The position numbers and the translations under genes were made by a program. DNA of 46,537 bases, taken from the IMG/VR virus record IMGVR_UViG_3300045988_174467, positions 1 to 46,537 of that record; one strand, written 5' to 3'. The stretch comes from a virus. How positions within the stretch are numbered: the stretch's first letter is position 1; every line of letters begins with the position of its first letter. Under the pieces are notes generated by a model. It did no database searches, was not told the DNA's origin, and worked only from the letters and a program-made list of their open reading frames with translations. Positions 19,172 through 27,047 of the stretch are shown here, piece after piece.

Positions 19172-20362
19172 TTACAGCACGCCCTTGTAATTTAGAAGCA
19201 GCTCATTTGCCTCCTTGATATCTTTTGGCGTATAAATATCTGTTATCAGAATAGAGGAGTGTCGAGCCTGATCTCTTACGCTGATAATATCTGTGTTTGA
19301 GCGTATCATATTGGTAATCCCGGTATCTTTCAGACTATAAAATTTATAGCGTGCTGTCATTTTTAAATTCTTGCGGACGTGATGATGCCAATAATCACGG
19401 AACGATTTCTCGCTTCGCCGCTCTGCTCCCGGTGCAAAATCCTTACCGAACAGATAGTAATTACTCGGGTTATCGAATATGCGTAAGTCTATCATCAGTT
19501 TGAGTACGTGATCCGGGATTGTCAGGAGCGCATCGTTATGATTTTTAGTATTTGCTCCGTGTAGAAACAATGTTTTCTTCCTGATGTTGAAATCGCCGAT
19601 CTTCAGATAGCTCATTTCCTTGGGGCGAACGAAGAGATAGTGTAGCATATAGCAGGCCAATAAGTAATGTTTGTGGTGCACCATCAGCCATTGTTTGAGG
19701 TCCGCCAACACATCATCCGGTATGACGTCTCTGTTCTTCAGCTGTCCCCTACGTTGTGCGATAGAATAACTCGCCGTCGGGTCTGTAGATATATATCCTC
19801 GCTCGAGCAAGTATTTGCAGAAGATTTTGAGCCAGGCCAAGTAATTGTTTCGTGTGCAGATCGTATTGTTTCTATCCACAAAAACGTAATCCAGGAACTG
19901 TCCTACCATGCGATTATCAAACTGGTACGTGTAGAAGAGATTGATTTTCTTCGATGCTTTCCATTCCTTCAGAATCTTGATCCTGCTCAGATAAGCGACG
20001 ACCGACTCTTCTCGTATGTTGTTCTCTCTTAACAATTTGAGAAGGTATTCCTCATATTTTCTACACACATCATCAAAAGACGAGTATTCTAACGGTTGTA
20101 CGATTTCTATCCACGGATTCCAGCCTTGTATCAGTTTTTCCGTAAGTCGTTTGATGAGTGCATCCCCATAGTGTTGTTGATTGCGTTTCCCCTTAATATG
20201 CCCGAGCATAAACTTTTTTGTACGAAACTTACCCCTTTCAGGGTCGAATGCTGAAAGAGACACATAACATTCCGATGCTTGGTGAAACTTCGGAGTTTTC
20301 CAGCCAACGATTGCATCAATCGCCTGCTGTTTTTTTGAAGATGGAAATTTTTTTTTTGGCAT
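19172..20362 (-). CDS. int: tyrosine site-specific integrase (396 aa), Bacteroidetes type
   Basis: Catalytic-domain signatures: LFVRPKEMSYLKIGDF (Arg), YSLKDTGITNM and ARHSSILITDIYT (His and the Tyr nucleophile). N-terminal arm-binding and SAM-like region. Confidence 0.9.
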   Translation of the reverse strand: MPKKKFPSSKKQQAIDAIVGWKTPKFHQASECYVSLSAFDPERGKFRTKKFMLGHIKGKRNQQHYGDALIKRLTEKLIQGWNPWIEIVQPLEYSSFDDVCRKYEEYLLKLLRENNIREESVVAYLSRIKILKEWKASKKINLFYTYQFDNRMVGQFLDYVFVDRNNTICTRNNYLAWLKIFCKYLLERGYISTDPTASYSIAQRRGQLKNRDVIPDDVLADLKQWLMVHHKHYLLACYMLHYLFVRPKEMSYLKIGDFNIRKKTLFLHGANTKNHNDALLTIPDHVLKLMIDLRIFDNPSNYYLFGKDFAPGAERRSEKSFRDYWHHHVRKNLKMTARYKFYSLKDTGITNMIRSNTDIISVRDQARHSSILITDIYTPKDIKEANELLLNYKGVL

Positions 20363-20420
20363 TTCAAAATTTTTGAGTGAAATGCCCTATTGAACAATGC
20401 TTTATGTCTTACGGTGCTGT

Positions 20421-20438
20421 TCGCCGATTTTTCGCCGA
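20421..20438. repeat. 18-bp direct repeat copy 1 (TCGCCGATTTTTCGCCGA)
   Basis: Repeated at 20584-20601 as TCACCGATTTTTCACCGA. Each copy is itself two CRCCGA half-sites 11 bp apart. Confidence 0.6.
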
Positions 20439-20583
20439 CCATTTTAGCCTCGACGAAGCAAAAGAGGCTGATAAACAGCCCCTTAAACTCCTTTTTGTCG
20501 GAAAGAGGCGATTGCAGTAGTAACAAAAATTGCTCGTAACCTGTTGGTAATCAATAGGACATTCTTTTATATTATGTGAAATA

Positions 20584-20601
20584 TCACCGATTTTTCACCG
20601 A
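20584..20601. repeat. 18-bp direct repeat copy 2 (TCACCGATTTTTCACCGA)
   Basis: See 20421-20438. It matches at 16 of 18 positions and lies 163 bp away, in the int-repressor intergenic region. Confidence 0.6.
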
Positions 20602-20624
20602 GTGAGTTGTTTGTCTAAGTTTTT

Positions 20625-20644
20625 AATAGTCACTCATTTGAGTG
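20625..20644. promoter_or_regulatory. operator-like site AATAGTCACTC-ATTT-GAGTG
   Basis: The 11-mer AATAGTCACTC is identical to 21121-21131 in the cI/cro intergenic region. TCACTC/GAGTG form an inverted repeat. Confidence 0.4.
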
Positions 20645-20714
20645 TTTGTTTTTAGAGTTGTATGGCAGGAGTAATCTTATTTTTAGCGCTCTTCTTCTTT
20701 CTGAGGGAGCTTTA

Positions 20715-20999
20715 TTACCCTGCATTCGTTGCTTTTTTAGAATGGTCTTTCGATTCTCTTTGCACGAGAAGGAATGTTAATCTATCTATTGTTTCTTGTT
20801 GTTTCTCTATTGTCTTCTGTTGGGTCGCTATGACAGAATATAGCTTTTCTTTATCGCTCTCATTATAATTCTTCTTCCCCATTATTAGCCAATTTGCTTC
20901 AACCCAGTCAAAACTCTCTATGATTTTGACTATTACATCGTAACCAGGTTTGTTTCGACCAATTGTGATGTTTCTGATTGTTTGATCACGGACGTTCAT
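20715..20999 (-). CDS. XRE/cI-like repressor, apparently 5'-truncated by a frameshift (94 aa as called)
   Basis: The ORF starts inside an HTH (MNVRDQTIRNITIGRNKPGYDVIVKIIESF..ANWLIMGKK) and continues into a coiled-coil C-terminus. The missing first helices are encoded upstream in another frame. Confidence 0.6.
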   Translation of the reverse strand: MNVRDQTIRNITIGRNKPGYDVIVKIIESFDWVEANWLIMGKKNYNESDKEKLYSVIATQQKTIEKQQETIDRLTFLLVQRESKDHSKKATNAG

Positions 21000-21114
21000 T
21001 TTTTTTGCAAACGAACCGACTGTGTGCCCCTCTTTTTTTGATGATGTAACAAATTCTTTTGTTGATGGTCTCTTGCTCCATATTTTTAATCTTGATTTCT
21101 TGAAGTGTCAATCA

Positions 21115-21131
21115 GAGTGAAATAGTCACTC
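21115..21131. promoter_or_regulatory. 17-bp palindromic operator candidate GAGTGA-AATAG-TCACTC
   Basis: Perfect 6-bp inverted arms between the divergent repressor and Cro-like genes, next to both predicted promoters. Confidence 0.5.
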
Positions 21132-21136
21132 GAATG

Positions 21137-21168
21137 TTTGCATATATCAAAGTTATTATTGAACTTTG
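21137..21168 (+). promoter_or_regulatory. candidate early rightward promoter (TTTG-N20-GAACTTTG)
   Basis: Fits the Bacteroidetes -33/-7 consensus with one mismatch in the -7 box. On the opposite strand, TAACTTTG (21148-21155) could serve the repressor gene. Confidence 0.4.
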
Positions 21169-21243
21169 CGCTACGTAATAAAACGTTCGTCACGAAGATA
21201 ATCATAACATTCGATATGAGGATGTATCAAAAAGAATATAACA

Positions 21244-21441
21244 ATGGATTTTAAAGAGTTTGTGATTTCATTACCAAATCAAAGAAGTGAGACCATTGCA
21301 GAGTTAGCTCGTATTTGCAGGGTTTCACCTTCGACTGTTTATCGGTGGGTGAACGGGGATTTTTTTCCTGATCCTCTCAAGAGAAAGGTTATTGCTGATT
21401 ATTTGAACATTCCGGAAGAGGTCTTATGGCCGAATTTGTGA
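21244..21441 (+). CDS. Cro-like/HTH DNA-binding protein (65 aa)
   Basis: HTH-like segment ETIAELARICRVSPSTVYRWVNG. Divergent from the repressor gene. Confidence 0.7.
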   Translation: MDFKEFVISLPNQRSETIAELARICRVSPSTVYRWVNGDFFPDPLKRKVIADYLNIPEEVLWPNL

Positions 21442-21498
21442 GTAATATGTGGTGTTGATTTCTGAAATACTCTACATGTAAAAATAAAACGAAAAACT

Positions 21499-21783
21499 AT
21501 GAATGTGAAAACAGTTGAGAAAGCAATTGCTGAACTTGGTGCTGGAGTCGTTATTGACGAAATAAAACTAAGACATGCAAATGTTAGACAAGTTAATGCC
21601 CATACGGATAATAAGATAATCGTTTGGGATATGTTTGGGCGCGCCTTCTCTGCAAGCAAGGAAGCGTCACAAGAGTTATTCCTTCTGCCTGAAGAAAATG
21701 ATAAGGTCGGCCAAGCATTTGGTATTCCTTTAGAGCGAGATAAAAGTTTTGATCTAAAAAATAGTGATAATGGGCAGCATTAG
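21499..21783 (+). CDS. hypothetical early protein (94 aa)
   Basis: ATG-initiated ORF, co-oriented in the early operon. Confidence 0.55.
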   Translation: MNVKTVEKAIAELGAGVVIDEIKLRHANVRQVNAHTDNKIIVWDMFGRAFSASKEASQELFLLPEENDKVGQAFGIPLERDKSFDLKNSDNGQH

Positions 21784-21952
21784 AAAAATCAGGAAGAAAT
21801 ATAAGCGAAAATTTGGCATCAAGCAAATTTGCATTCACTTTAAATTTAAAGATCCGAAGTTTCGTTTGAGCCGCTCTCTTCATAAAGATCTCAGGCGTTA
21901 TCTTACAGAGCGTATGAGAAAATCGCTATTATCGGGCCATGTATATAGATAA
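21770..21952 (+). CDS. hypothetical small basic protein (about 60 aa)
   Basis: ORF overlapping its neighbours by a few codons. K/R rich. ATG at 21770, where the track starts at GTG 21764. Confidence 0.4.
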   Translation: MGSIRKIRKKYKRKFGIKQICIHFKFKDPKFRLSRSLHKDLRRYLTERMRKSLLSGHVYR

Positions 21953-22124
21953 AGATCTTCGGGGGAAATTCTCTATTCAGGATTTGAGCGAGGAGGACCT
22001 TCGATTTTTTCACGAAGCTCTGAGGGTGTATGCGCAGCGTAAGCGCAGATGTTTACTTCCGGAGGATAATGTTCGACGACTTGTTTTTAACAATGAATAT
22101 AACTTTATAATGCGACATGGGTAA
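21939..22124 (+). CDS. hypothetical small protein (61 aa)
   Basis: ATG-initiated ORF in the operon, overlapping both neighbours. Confidence 0.45.
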   Translation: MYIDKDLRGKFSIQDLSEEDLRFFHEALRVYAQRKRRCLLPEDNVRRLVFNNEYNFIMRHG

Positions 22125-22524
22125 TAATGGCAATAATAAGAGATGGACCGTCGAAGATGATGCATACGTGAGGCAGCATCTCGGAAAGATGTCGCTTGAG
22201 GATATGGCTGCTTATTTAGATCGTAGTCCAATGTCAGTCAGACTCTATATCCTTAGGCACAGAATGACGAGTGGGCACGTAGTTAAACGTAAATTGCTCG
22301 TTAAATTGCTGAAAATAAAATTCAGGCATCCGGAGAATTTTAATCCGACGCGCGATTTTTATAAAGAAACTGGTATCGGCCAACGTCGCTACTGGGATCT
22401 GTTTTTCGGCAGGAAAAAGATTACTGGTAAAGAGTATCAGGCGCTGACTGAATATTTCGGAGTGACAATTGACGAGGAGCTTGATGCGCGTCAGTTGGAA
22501 CTCTTTGAAGAAGATCCAGAATAA
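22117..22524 (+). CDS. putative DNA-binding protein (135 aa), Myb/SANT-like N-terminus
   Basis: RWTVEDDAYVRQHLGKMSLEDMAAYLDRSPMSVRLYILRH resembles a Myb/HTH repeat. Sits immediately upstream of the primase gene. Confidence 0.5.
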   Translation: MGNNGNNKRWTVEDDAYVRQHLGKMSLEDMAAYLDRSPMSVRLYILRHRMTSGHVVKRKLLVKLLKIKFRHPENFNPTRDFYKETGIGQRRYWDLFFGRKKITGKEYQALTEYFGVTIDEELDARQLELFEEDPE

Positions 22525-22525
22525 T

Positions 22526-25500
22526 ATGATTGATAAGATTTTTATAGAAAAGGTGAAATCGGCTCTGAATATTGTGGATGTGATAGAGTCCTTTACTCGC
22601 TTGTCTAAAGCAGGCGTAAACTATAAAGGAGTCTGCCCGTTTCATGATGATCACACCCCATCGATGGTAGTAAGCCCGTCAAGGCAGACCTACCATTGTT
22701 TTGTTTGTGGAGCCAGCGGGGACGTTATCTCGTTCGTGCAAAATCACTTGAATATAACTTTCGTAGAAGCTCTGCGATGGTGTGCCGCTCAGGCAGGATT
22801 AGAATTTCCTTCTAAGGAAATGACTCCGGAAGAGGAAGCACAATATAAACAGAAAGAGGCACAACGTGTCGCCATCGAGGCTGCAAGCAAGTTCTTTCAG
22901 AATAGCCTCTCGCAGGCTGAGTCTTTCCTCACGTCGAGAGGATATACGCTATCTGACAAGGTGCTTTCTGACTTTGGTGTCGGTTATGCGCCGGCGGGGA
23001 ATTTGGCTATGACTGAACTCTCTAAGGAAGGTTTTTCATTGGAGCTGCTGCAGAAGGTAGATGTTATTGGCAGTAATGAGGGACGCACCTACGATCGGTT
23101 TCGCGATCGACTGATGTTCCCATTCTATGATATGCAAGGGCACGTTATAGGCTTCTCGGGACGCATCATTACACCGAGGGATGGTGTTGGAAAGTATGTG
23201 AATACGGCAGAGACACCACTGTTTACGAAAGGTAAGCATATCTTTGGACTATTCCAAGCGCGAAAGGCAATAGGGAAACTGGGCTTTGCCTATCTCGTCG
23301 AGGGGCAGTTCGATGTGATAACGCTACACAAAATGGGTGTAGAGAATGTCGTCGGGGGCAGTGGCACGGCATTCACAGATGAGCAGGTGAAGCTGTTGTT
23401 GCGCTTTACAGACTATATCGTAATGGTTTATGACGCTGACGATGCAGGCGTGAAGGCTTCGTTAAAGAACTGTGAACTGTTTCTGAAAGCCGGAGCAAGG
23501 GTAAAGTGTATACGACTGCCGAAAGGAATGGATCCGGATGAGTTCGCCAAAGCAAACGGAAATCGAACACAGGATAAATTGAAGGAACTGATCGAGCCGT
23601 TTCCGAAAGCCTTCAAACGAATGCTGATTCCACACGGCTGCAAGGACGAGACAATCATCAGCGACAGCCTAAATACGATTTGCTCGCTTGTGGCATGTGT
23701 TAATGACGCGGCCTTGCGGCTGGAATATATCAAATCGATAGCTGCTGACTTCAAAAGCAAAATCGGTATCATTGATGACAAAGTGCGTCGTATTCGGCTG
23801 AAGATAAAAGATGCCTTGCCCGAAACAAAGATGCAAACGGGACTCTTCGGTATTGATGCACTGAAAGAGAATCTTGAGAGCGACCGTCCGGGAATACTGA
23901 CCTCGGCCATGCAGGAGTTTCTTGACGGCTATGGAGAAGACCCCGTCGTGTATGTCGCTGGCCGGCCATCGATCAACGACATTCAGGAGCTGCGCCGTAT
24001 TTATTACTATTTCGTATCTTCAGAAACGGGCTGCGGAATCAACGATGACGGAGAGGAGAACGACTATCTGCATACGCTGGCAGAGATGTTCCGGTCGGGC
24101 ATCAATATTCAGATGACCTATAACAACGTCACGGGGTCGTTCATCGATTATTACATCAGTCTTTACGGCAGGTTCCTGAGTGATTATGCCGGCGACAAAG
24201 TCCCGCTCATCACAAGATGCATCGAGCTGACTTCCTACGCAGAGGATACCGTTGTTACGGTCAACCGTAACCACTATTGTTCCATTCTGAAACTCACCAA
24301 GGGGCAATTTGACGAAATTCGCAAACCATTCGTACAAAAGCGGAAGTCGGCGATGAAGGTGAGCCTACAGACCGAGTACCTCTGTGACGACGAGTTTGAT
24401 GTGAACGAGCCACCCGAATATGTGCAGGATAATGAGGAGTACCGGCGTATGTGGCGAGAGTTTAACTACTATCCTCGACTCAACAAGAAAGGTGAGCCGG
24501 TCTGCTACATGTTTAAGAATAAGAACGGAAACGGAATGACGCAGGTAGGAGACTTCTTCATGACGCCACTGCTGCACATCTTTAACGAAGACTTCGAGCA
24601 GAACAAGCGTGTGCTGCGCATCAATCGCCGATACTACGAGACCCCTATCTACATTGAGGTGCTCTCAAAAGCTTTGTTGAAGATGTCGTCGATAGAAGAA
24701 GTGCTCATCAATTACGAAGCTGTGAACTTCAACGGAGAGGAATGGCAGTGGAAAGCCATCAAAACGTACATGAGTCATCACTTCGTGCAGTGCCGTGAAA
24801 TCAAGACTTACGGCAATCAGCAGGCTGACGGCATGAGCCGTAAGACCGATGAACAATTTTTTGCATTTGCAAATGGAATCTTTCATCGCGTCGATGAACA
24901 ATGGAGGTTTGAGCCGGTCAACGAACTGGGCGTCGTAACGCATAATAAAGACAACTACTACCTACCTGCCTTTTCTACAATTTACGCTGGCAGTGGAAAG
25001 CAATCTGATAAATATGAACTCATCAGCCAATTGGTTTACAAAGAAGTTCCGGCAGAAAAAAGAGTGACATTTGAAAAGTGGGCGTCGCTGATGGACCGTG
25101 TATATAAAATCAATGACAATGGAAAGTGGGCAGTCATCTTTGCCATAATGTGTGCCTTTCGAAGTAATATCCACTGCATCGATCGTTTGTTCACTGCCCC
25201 CTTTTTCATGGGACCGATGTCGTCAGGGAAAACACAGATAGCTATCTCTATTCGCTCGCTCTTCATCTCGCCTAACATTCCTATTTTTAACCTCAATACT
25301 GGAACAGATGCTGCCATGGCCACGATCATGGGAATGTTTAAGGATGTTCCGGTCGTGTTGGACGAATACAACAACAAGGATATCAGCGACAACAAGTTTC
25401 AGGCTTTGAAGGGTATCGTTTATGATGGCGATGGTAAACAGAAACGCAAGGGAACATCAGGAAGAGAAATCGAAAACGACAAAGTTTACGCCCCTGTCAT

Positions 25501-26506
25501 CATCTGCGCCCAAGAGACGCCACAGCGCGATGACAATGCCTTGATGAGCCGCGTCATTGTCTGCGAAGTTCCAAAACCACGCAATCGTACACCGGAAGAG
25601 GTGCGTATCTTTGAGGAACTAAAAACCATAGAGGATCAGAATAAGGTTGGACTATCAAATGTGCTACTGCAGATACTCGAGTTGCGCCCCTTGTTTATGG
25701 ATCATTTTCGACAACTCAAACAGGAAGCGTACAATGAACTTAAGCAAGATGTCATCAACTCCGGTGAAATGGATCGTCTGATGAAGACTGCTGCGCTCTT
25801 TTTAGGAACTGTAAAGCTGATTGAGCAGTACTCAAACCTTCAGCTTCCATTCTCATATAAGGATTTCTTTAAAATCGCTCAGGAAAAGATAAAATTTCAA
25901 CTCTCACTCATTCGTAGTACGGATAAACTCGCAATGTTCTTCACTGCTGTCAATAATATGGTTGATACTAAACAAATCATCGAGGGGAGAGAGTTTCTTA
26001 TTGAGCAACCAAAGAAAGTCACAGGAAAAGATGCTCGTGGCGACTCTCATACCTTTACCTTTGAACCAGGAACGAATATCATGTTTTTACGCTTAAGCGC
26101 GGTCTTTAGTATTTTCGACCGCTGTGGTTATAATACAGAGGGCAGCACACTTTCAACTTTAGAACAGAACCTGCGCAGCCACTCAAGCTACGTTGGTACA
26201 GTTCCTTCGCGACGTTTTACGTGGGAGGAGACAATGGAAGAACCAAAAAACGATGGCTATGAGACGATGGTGAAGGTGCGGAAGCAGAGAAGTACTTCCA
26301 CCAGTGCTATCATTATTGACTACGATAAGTTCACAGAATTGTACAATATTGATTTTCGTAGAGCATATGTACCGGAAGATAAAGAAACTCTGGTGACGTC
26401 TGGAGAGACAGAAACAAAGGATACGAAGCCGCAGACTAACCATGAACTTCCTTTCCCTCCTGCGAGCGATGACATTGAACCCTTTCTTGAGAGAATGTAC
26501 GACTAA
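22526..26506 (+). CDS. replication protein: DnaG-type primase (CHC2 zinc finger + TOPRIM) fused to a large unknown region and a C-terminal P-loop NTPase (helicase-like)
   Basis: Zinc finger CPFHDDHTPSMVVSPSRQTYHCFVCGASGD. TOPRIM YLVEGQFDVITL...VMVYDADDAGVKA. Walker A FFMGPMSSGKTQ (about 25207-25245) and Walker B VVLDEYN (about 25350-25373). ATG 22526 follows the previous stop at 22524. Confidence 0.85.
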   Translation: MIDKIFIEKVKSALNIVDVIESFTRLSKAGVNYKGVCPFHDDHTPSMVVSPSRQTYHCFVCGASGDVISFVQNHLNITFVEALRWCAAQAGLEFPSKEMTPEEEAQYKQKEAQRVAIEAASKFFQNSLSQAESFLTSRGYTLSDKVLSDFGVGYAPAGNLAMTELSKEGFSLELLQKVDVIGSNEGRTYDRFRDRLMFPFYDMQGHVIGFSGRIITPRDGVGKYVNTAETPLFTKGKHIFGLFQARKAIGKLGFAYLVEGQFDVITLHKMGVENVVGGSGTAFTDEQVKLLLRFTDYIVMVYDADDAGVKASLKNCELFLKAGARVKCIRLPKGMDPDEFAKANGNRTQDKLKELIEPFPKAFKRMLIPHGCKDETIISDSLNTICSLVACVNDAALRLEYIKSIAADFKSKIGIIDDKVRRIRLKIKDALPETKMQTGLFGIDALKENLESDRPGILTSAMQEFLDGYGEDPVVYVAGRPSINDIQELRRIYYYFVSSETGCGINDDGEENDYLHTLAEMFRSGINIQMTYNNVTGSFIDYYISLYGRFLSDYAGDKVPLITRCIELTSYAEDTVVTVNRNHYCSILKLTKGQFDEIRKPFVQKRKSAMKVSLQTEYLCDDEFDVNEPPEYVQDNEEYRRMWREFNYYPRLNKKGEPVCYMFKNKNGNGMTQVGDFFMTPLLHIFNEDFEQNKRVLRINRRYYETPIYIEVLSKALLKMSSIEEVLINYEAVNFNGEEWQWKAIKTYMSHHFVQCREIKTYGNQQADGMSRKTDEQFFAFANGIFHRVDEQWRFEPVNELGVVTHNKDNYYLPAFSTIYAGSGKQSDKYELISQLVYKEVPAEKRVTFEKWASLMDRVYKINDNGKWAVIFAIMCAFRSNIHCIDRLFTAPFFMGPMSSGKTQIAISIRSLFISPNIPIFNLNTGTDAAMATIMGMFKDVPVVLDEYNNKDISDNKFQALKGIVYDGDGKQKRKGTSGREIENDKVYAPVIICAQETPQRDDNALMSRVIVCEVPKPRNRTPEEVRIFEELKTIEDQNKVGLSNVLLQILELRPLFMDHFRQLKQEAYNELKQDVINSGEMDRLMKTAALFLGTVKLIEQYSNLQLPFSYKDFFKIAQEKIKFQLSLIRSTDKLAMFFTAVNNMVDTKQIIEGREFLIEQPKKVTGKDARGDSHTFTFEPGTNIMFLRLSAVFSIFDRCGYNTEGSTLSTLEQNLRSHSSYVGTVPSRRFTWEETMEEPKNDGYETMVKVRKQRSTSTSAIIIDYDKFTELYNIDFRRAYVPEDKETLVTSGETETKDTKPQTNHELPFPPASDDIEPFLERMYD

Positions 26507-26548
26507 ATCCTTCTTTTGCCAATAGTACATCTTTTTATTGATTATGCA

Positions 26549-26597
26549 GAGCCGTACCAGTCGGATGAATAGGTACGGCTCATTTCATCTTATTTTT
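26549..26597 (+). terminator. intrinsic terminator after the replication gene
   Basis: 10-bp stem GAGCCGTACC/GGTACGGCTC (26549-26558 and 26572-26581) followed by a T-rich tail (atttcatcttattttt). Confidence 0.6.
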
Positions 26598-26691
26598 GAG
26601 AAGGGCCGGCGCGAAATCCCCCGAACCCCCTAAATTTCTAAAAAAACATGGAAATAGCTGCTTTGAAAAATATTTTTCAGAAAAATCAGCT

Positions 26692-27025
26692 TCCTACAAT
26701 CCTACAATCCTACAAATTAGCTTTACTTTTCAAAATAATAATATTACAACTGTTTATATTTAAGGTATTTATGTGTATATGTTAAAGTTCGTAGGTATGT
26801 AGGAGATCTTGTAGGTTTGTAGGACGCTGTAGGAAATAGGTTTTTTGCTGATTTTGGGTTGTTGAAGAACGTCGTCCTACAAAAAATGCTGTTTTGTAGG
26901 TTTGTAGGATGAAATATGATGGGAAAATAGTTGAAAATATAGCTTGAAAAATTTGTATAATTCACTGAAAATCACTAATTTTGTTCTATATGTACAACGA
27001 TTTGTAGGATTGTAGGACGGTAGGA
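26692..27025. repeat. iteron-like array: at least 14 copies of (T)GTAGGA / TCCTACA in five clusters around AT-rich DNA
   Basis: 3x CCTACAA(T/A) tandem at 26693-26716. GTAGG at 26791, 26799, 26811, 26819 and 26829. TCCTACA at 26875-26881. TGTAGG at 26895 and 26903. GTAGGA at 27004, 27012 and 27020. A 16-bp palindrome TGAAAAATATTTTTCA lies at 26664-26679. Confidence 0.8.
26952..26983 (+). promoter_or_regulatory. canonical Bacteroidetes-type promoter TTTG-N20-TAATTTTG upstream of the 27048 operon
   Basis: Exact -33 TTTG (26952-26955) and -7 TAATTTTG (26976-26983) with 20-nt spacing. GTAGGA clusters lie on both sides. Confidence 0.55.
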
Positions 27026-27047
27026 ACGTAAAAAACAGAAAACGTAT

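Noticed and set aside
20131-20526. A 131-aa - strand ORF overlapping the integrase 5' end, considered as a possible excisionase.
   Set aside because: It is out of frame with int and overlaps it by 230 nt. It has low-complexity composition and no HTH-like segment.
20662-20868. A 68-aa + strand ORF antisense to the repressor gene.
   Set aside because: It lies entirely within, or antisense to, the better-supported repressor ORF. The peptide is hydrophobic and low-complexity, and there is no promoter-like box.
22469-22525. Upstream extensions of ORFs given by the track: 22469 for the primase, 39999 for the 40143 gene, 33020 for the methylase, 32087 for the repeat protein, and TTG/GTG starts at 971, 27597, 43473 and 44122.
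   Set aside because: The extensions overlap the preceding gene, or a promoter box, in another frame. ATG codons placed right after the upstream stop give the usual tight or overlapping spacing.
26692-27025. The short repeats as a CRISPR array, and the ORFs 26744-26965 (-) and 26975-27223 (-) as genes.
   Set aside because: The repeats are only 6-8 bp, irregularly spaced and in both orientations, with no spacer structure. The ORFs are AT-rich, low-complexity translations of the repeat region.
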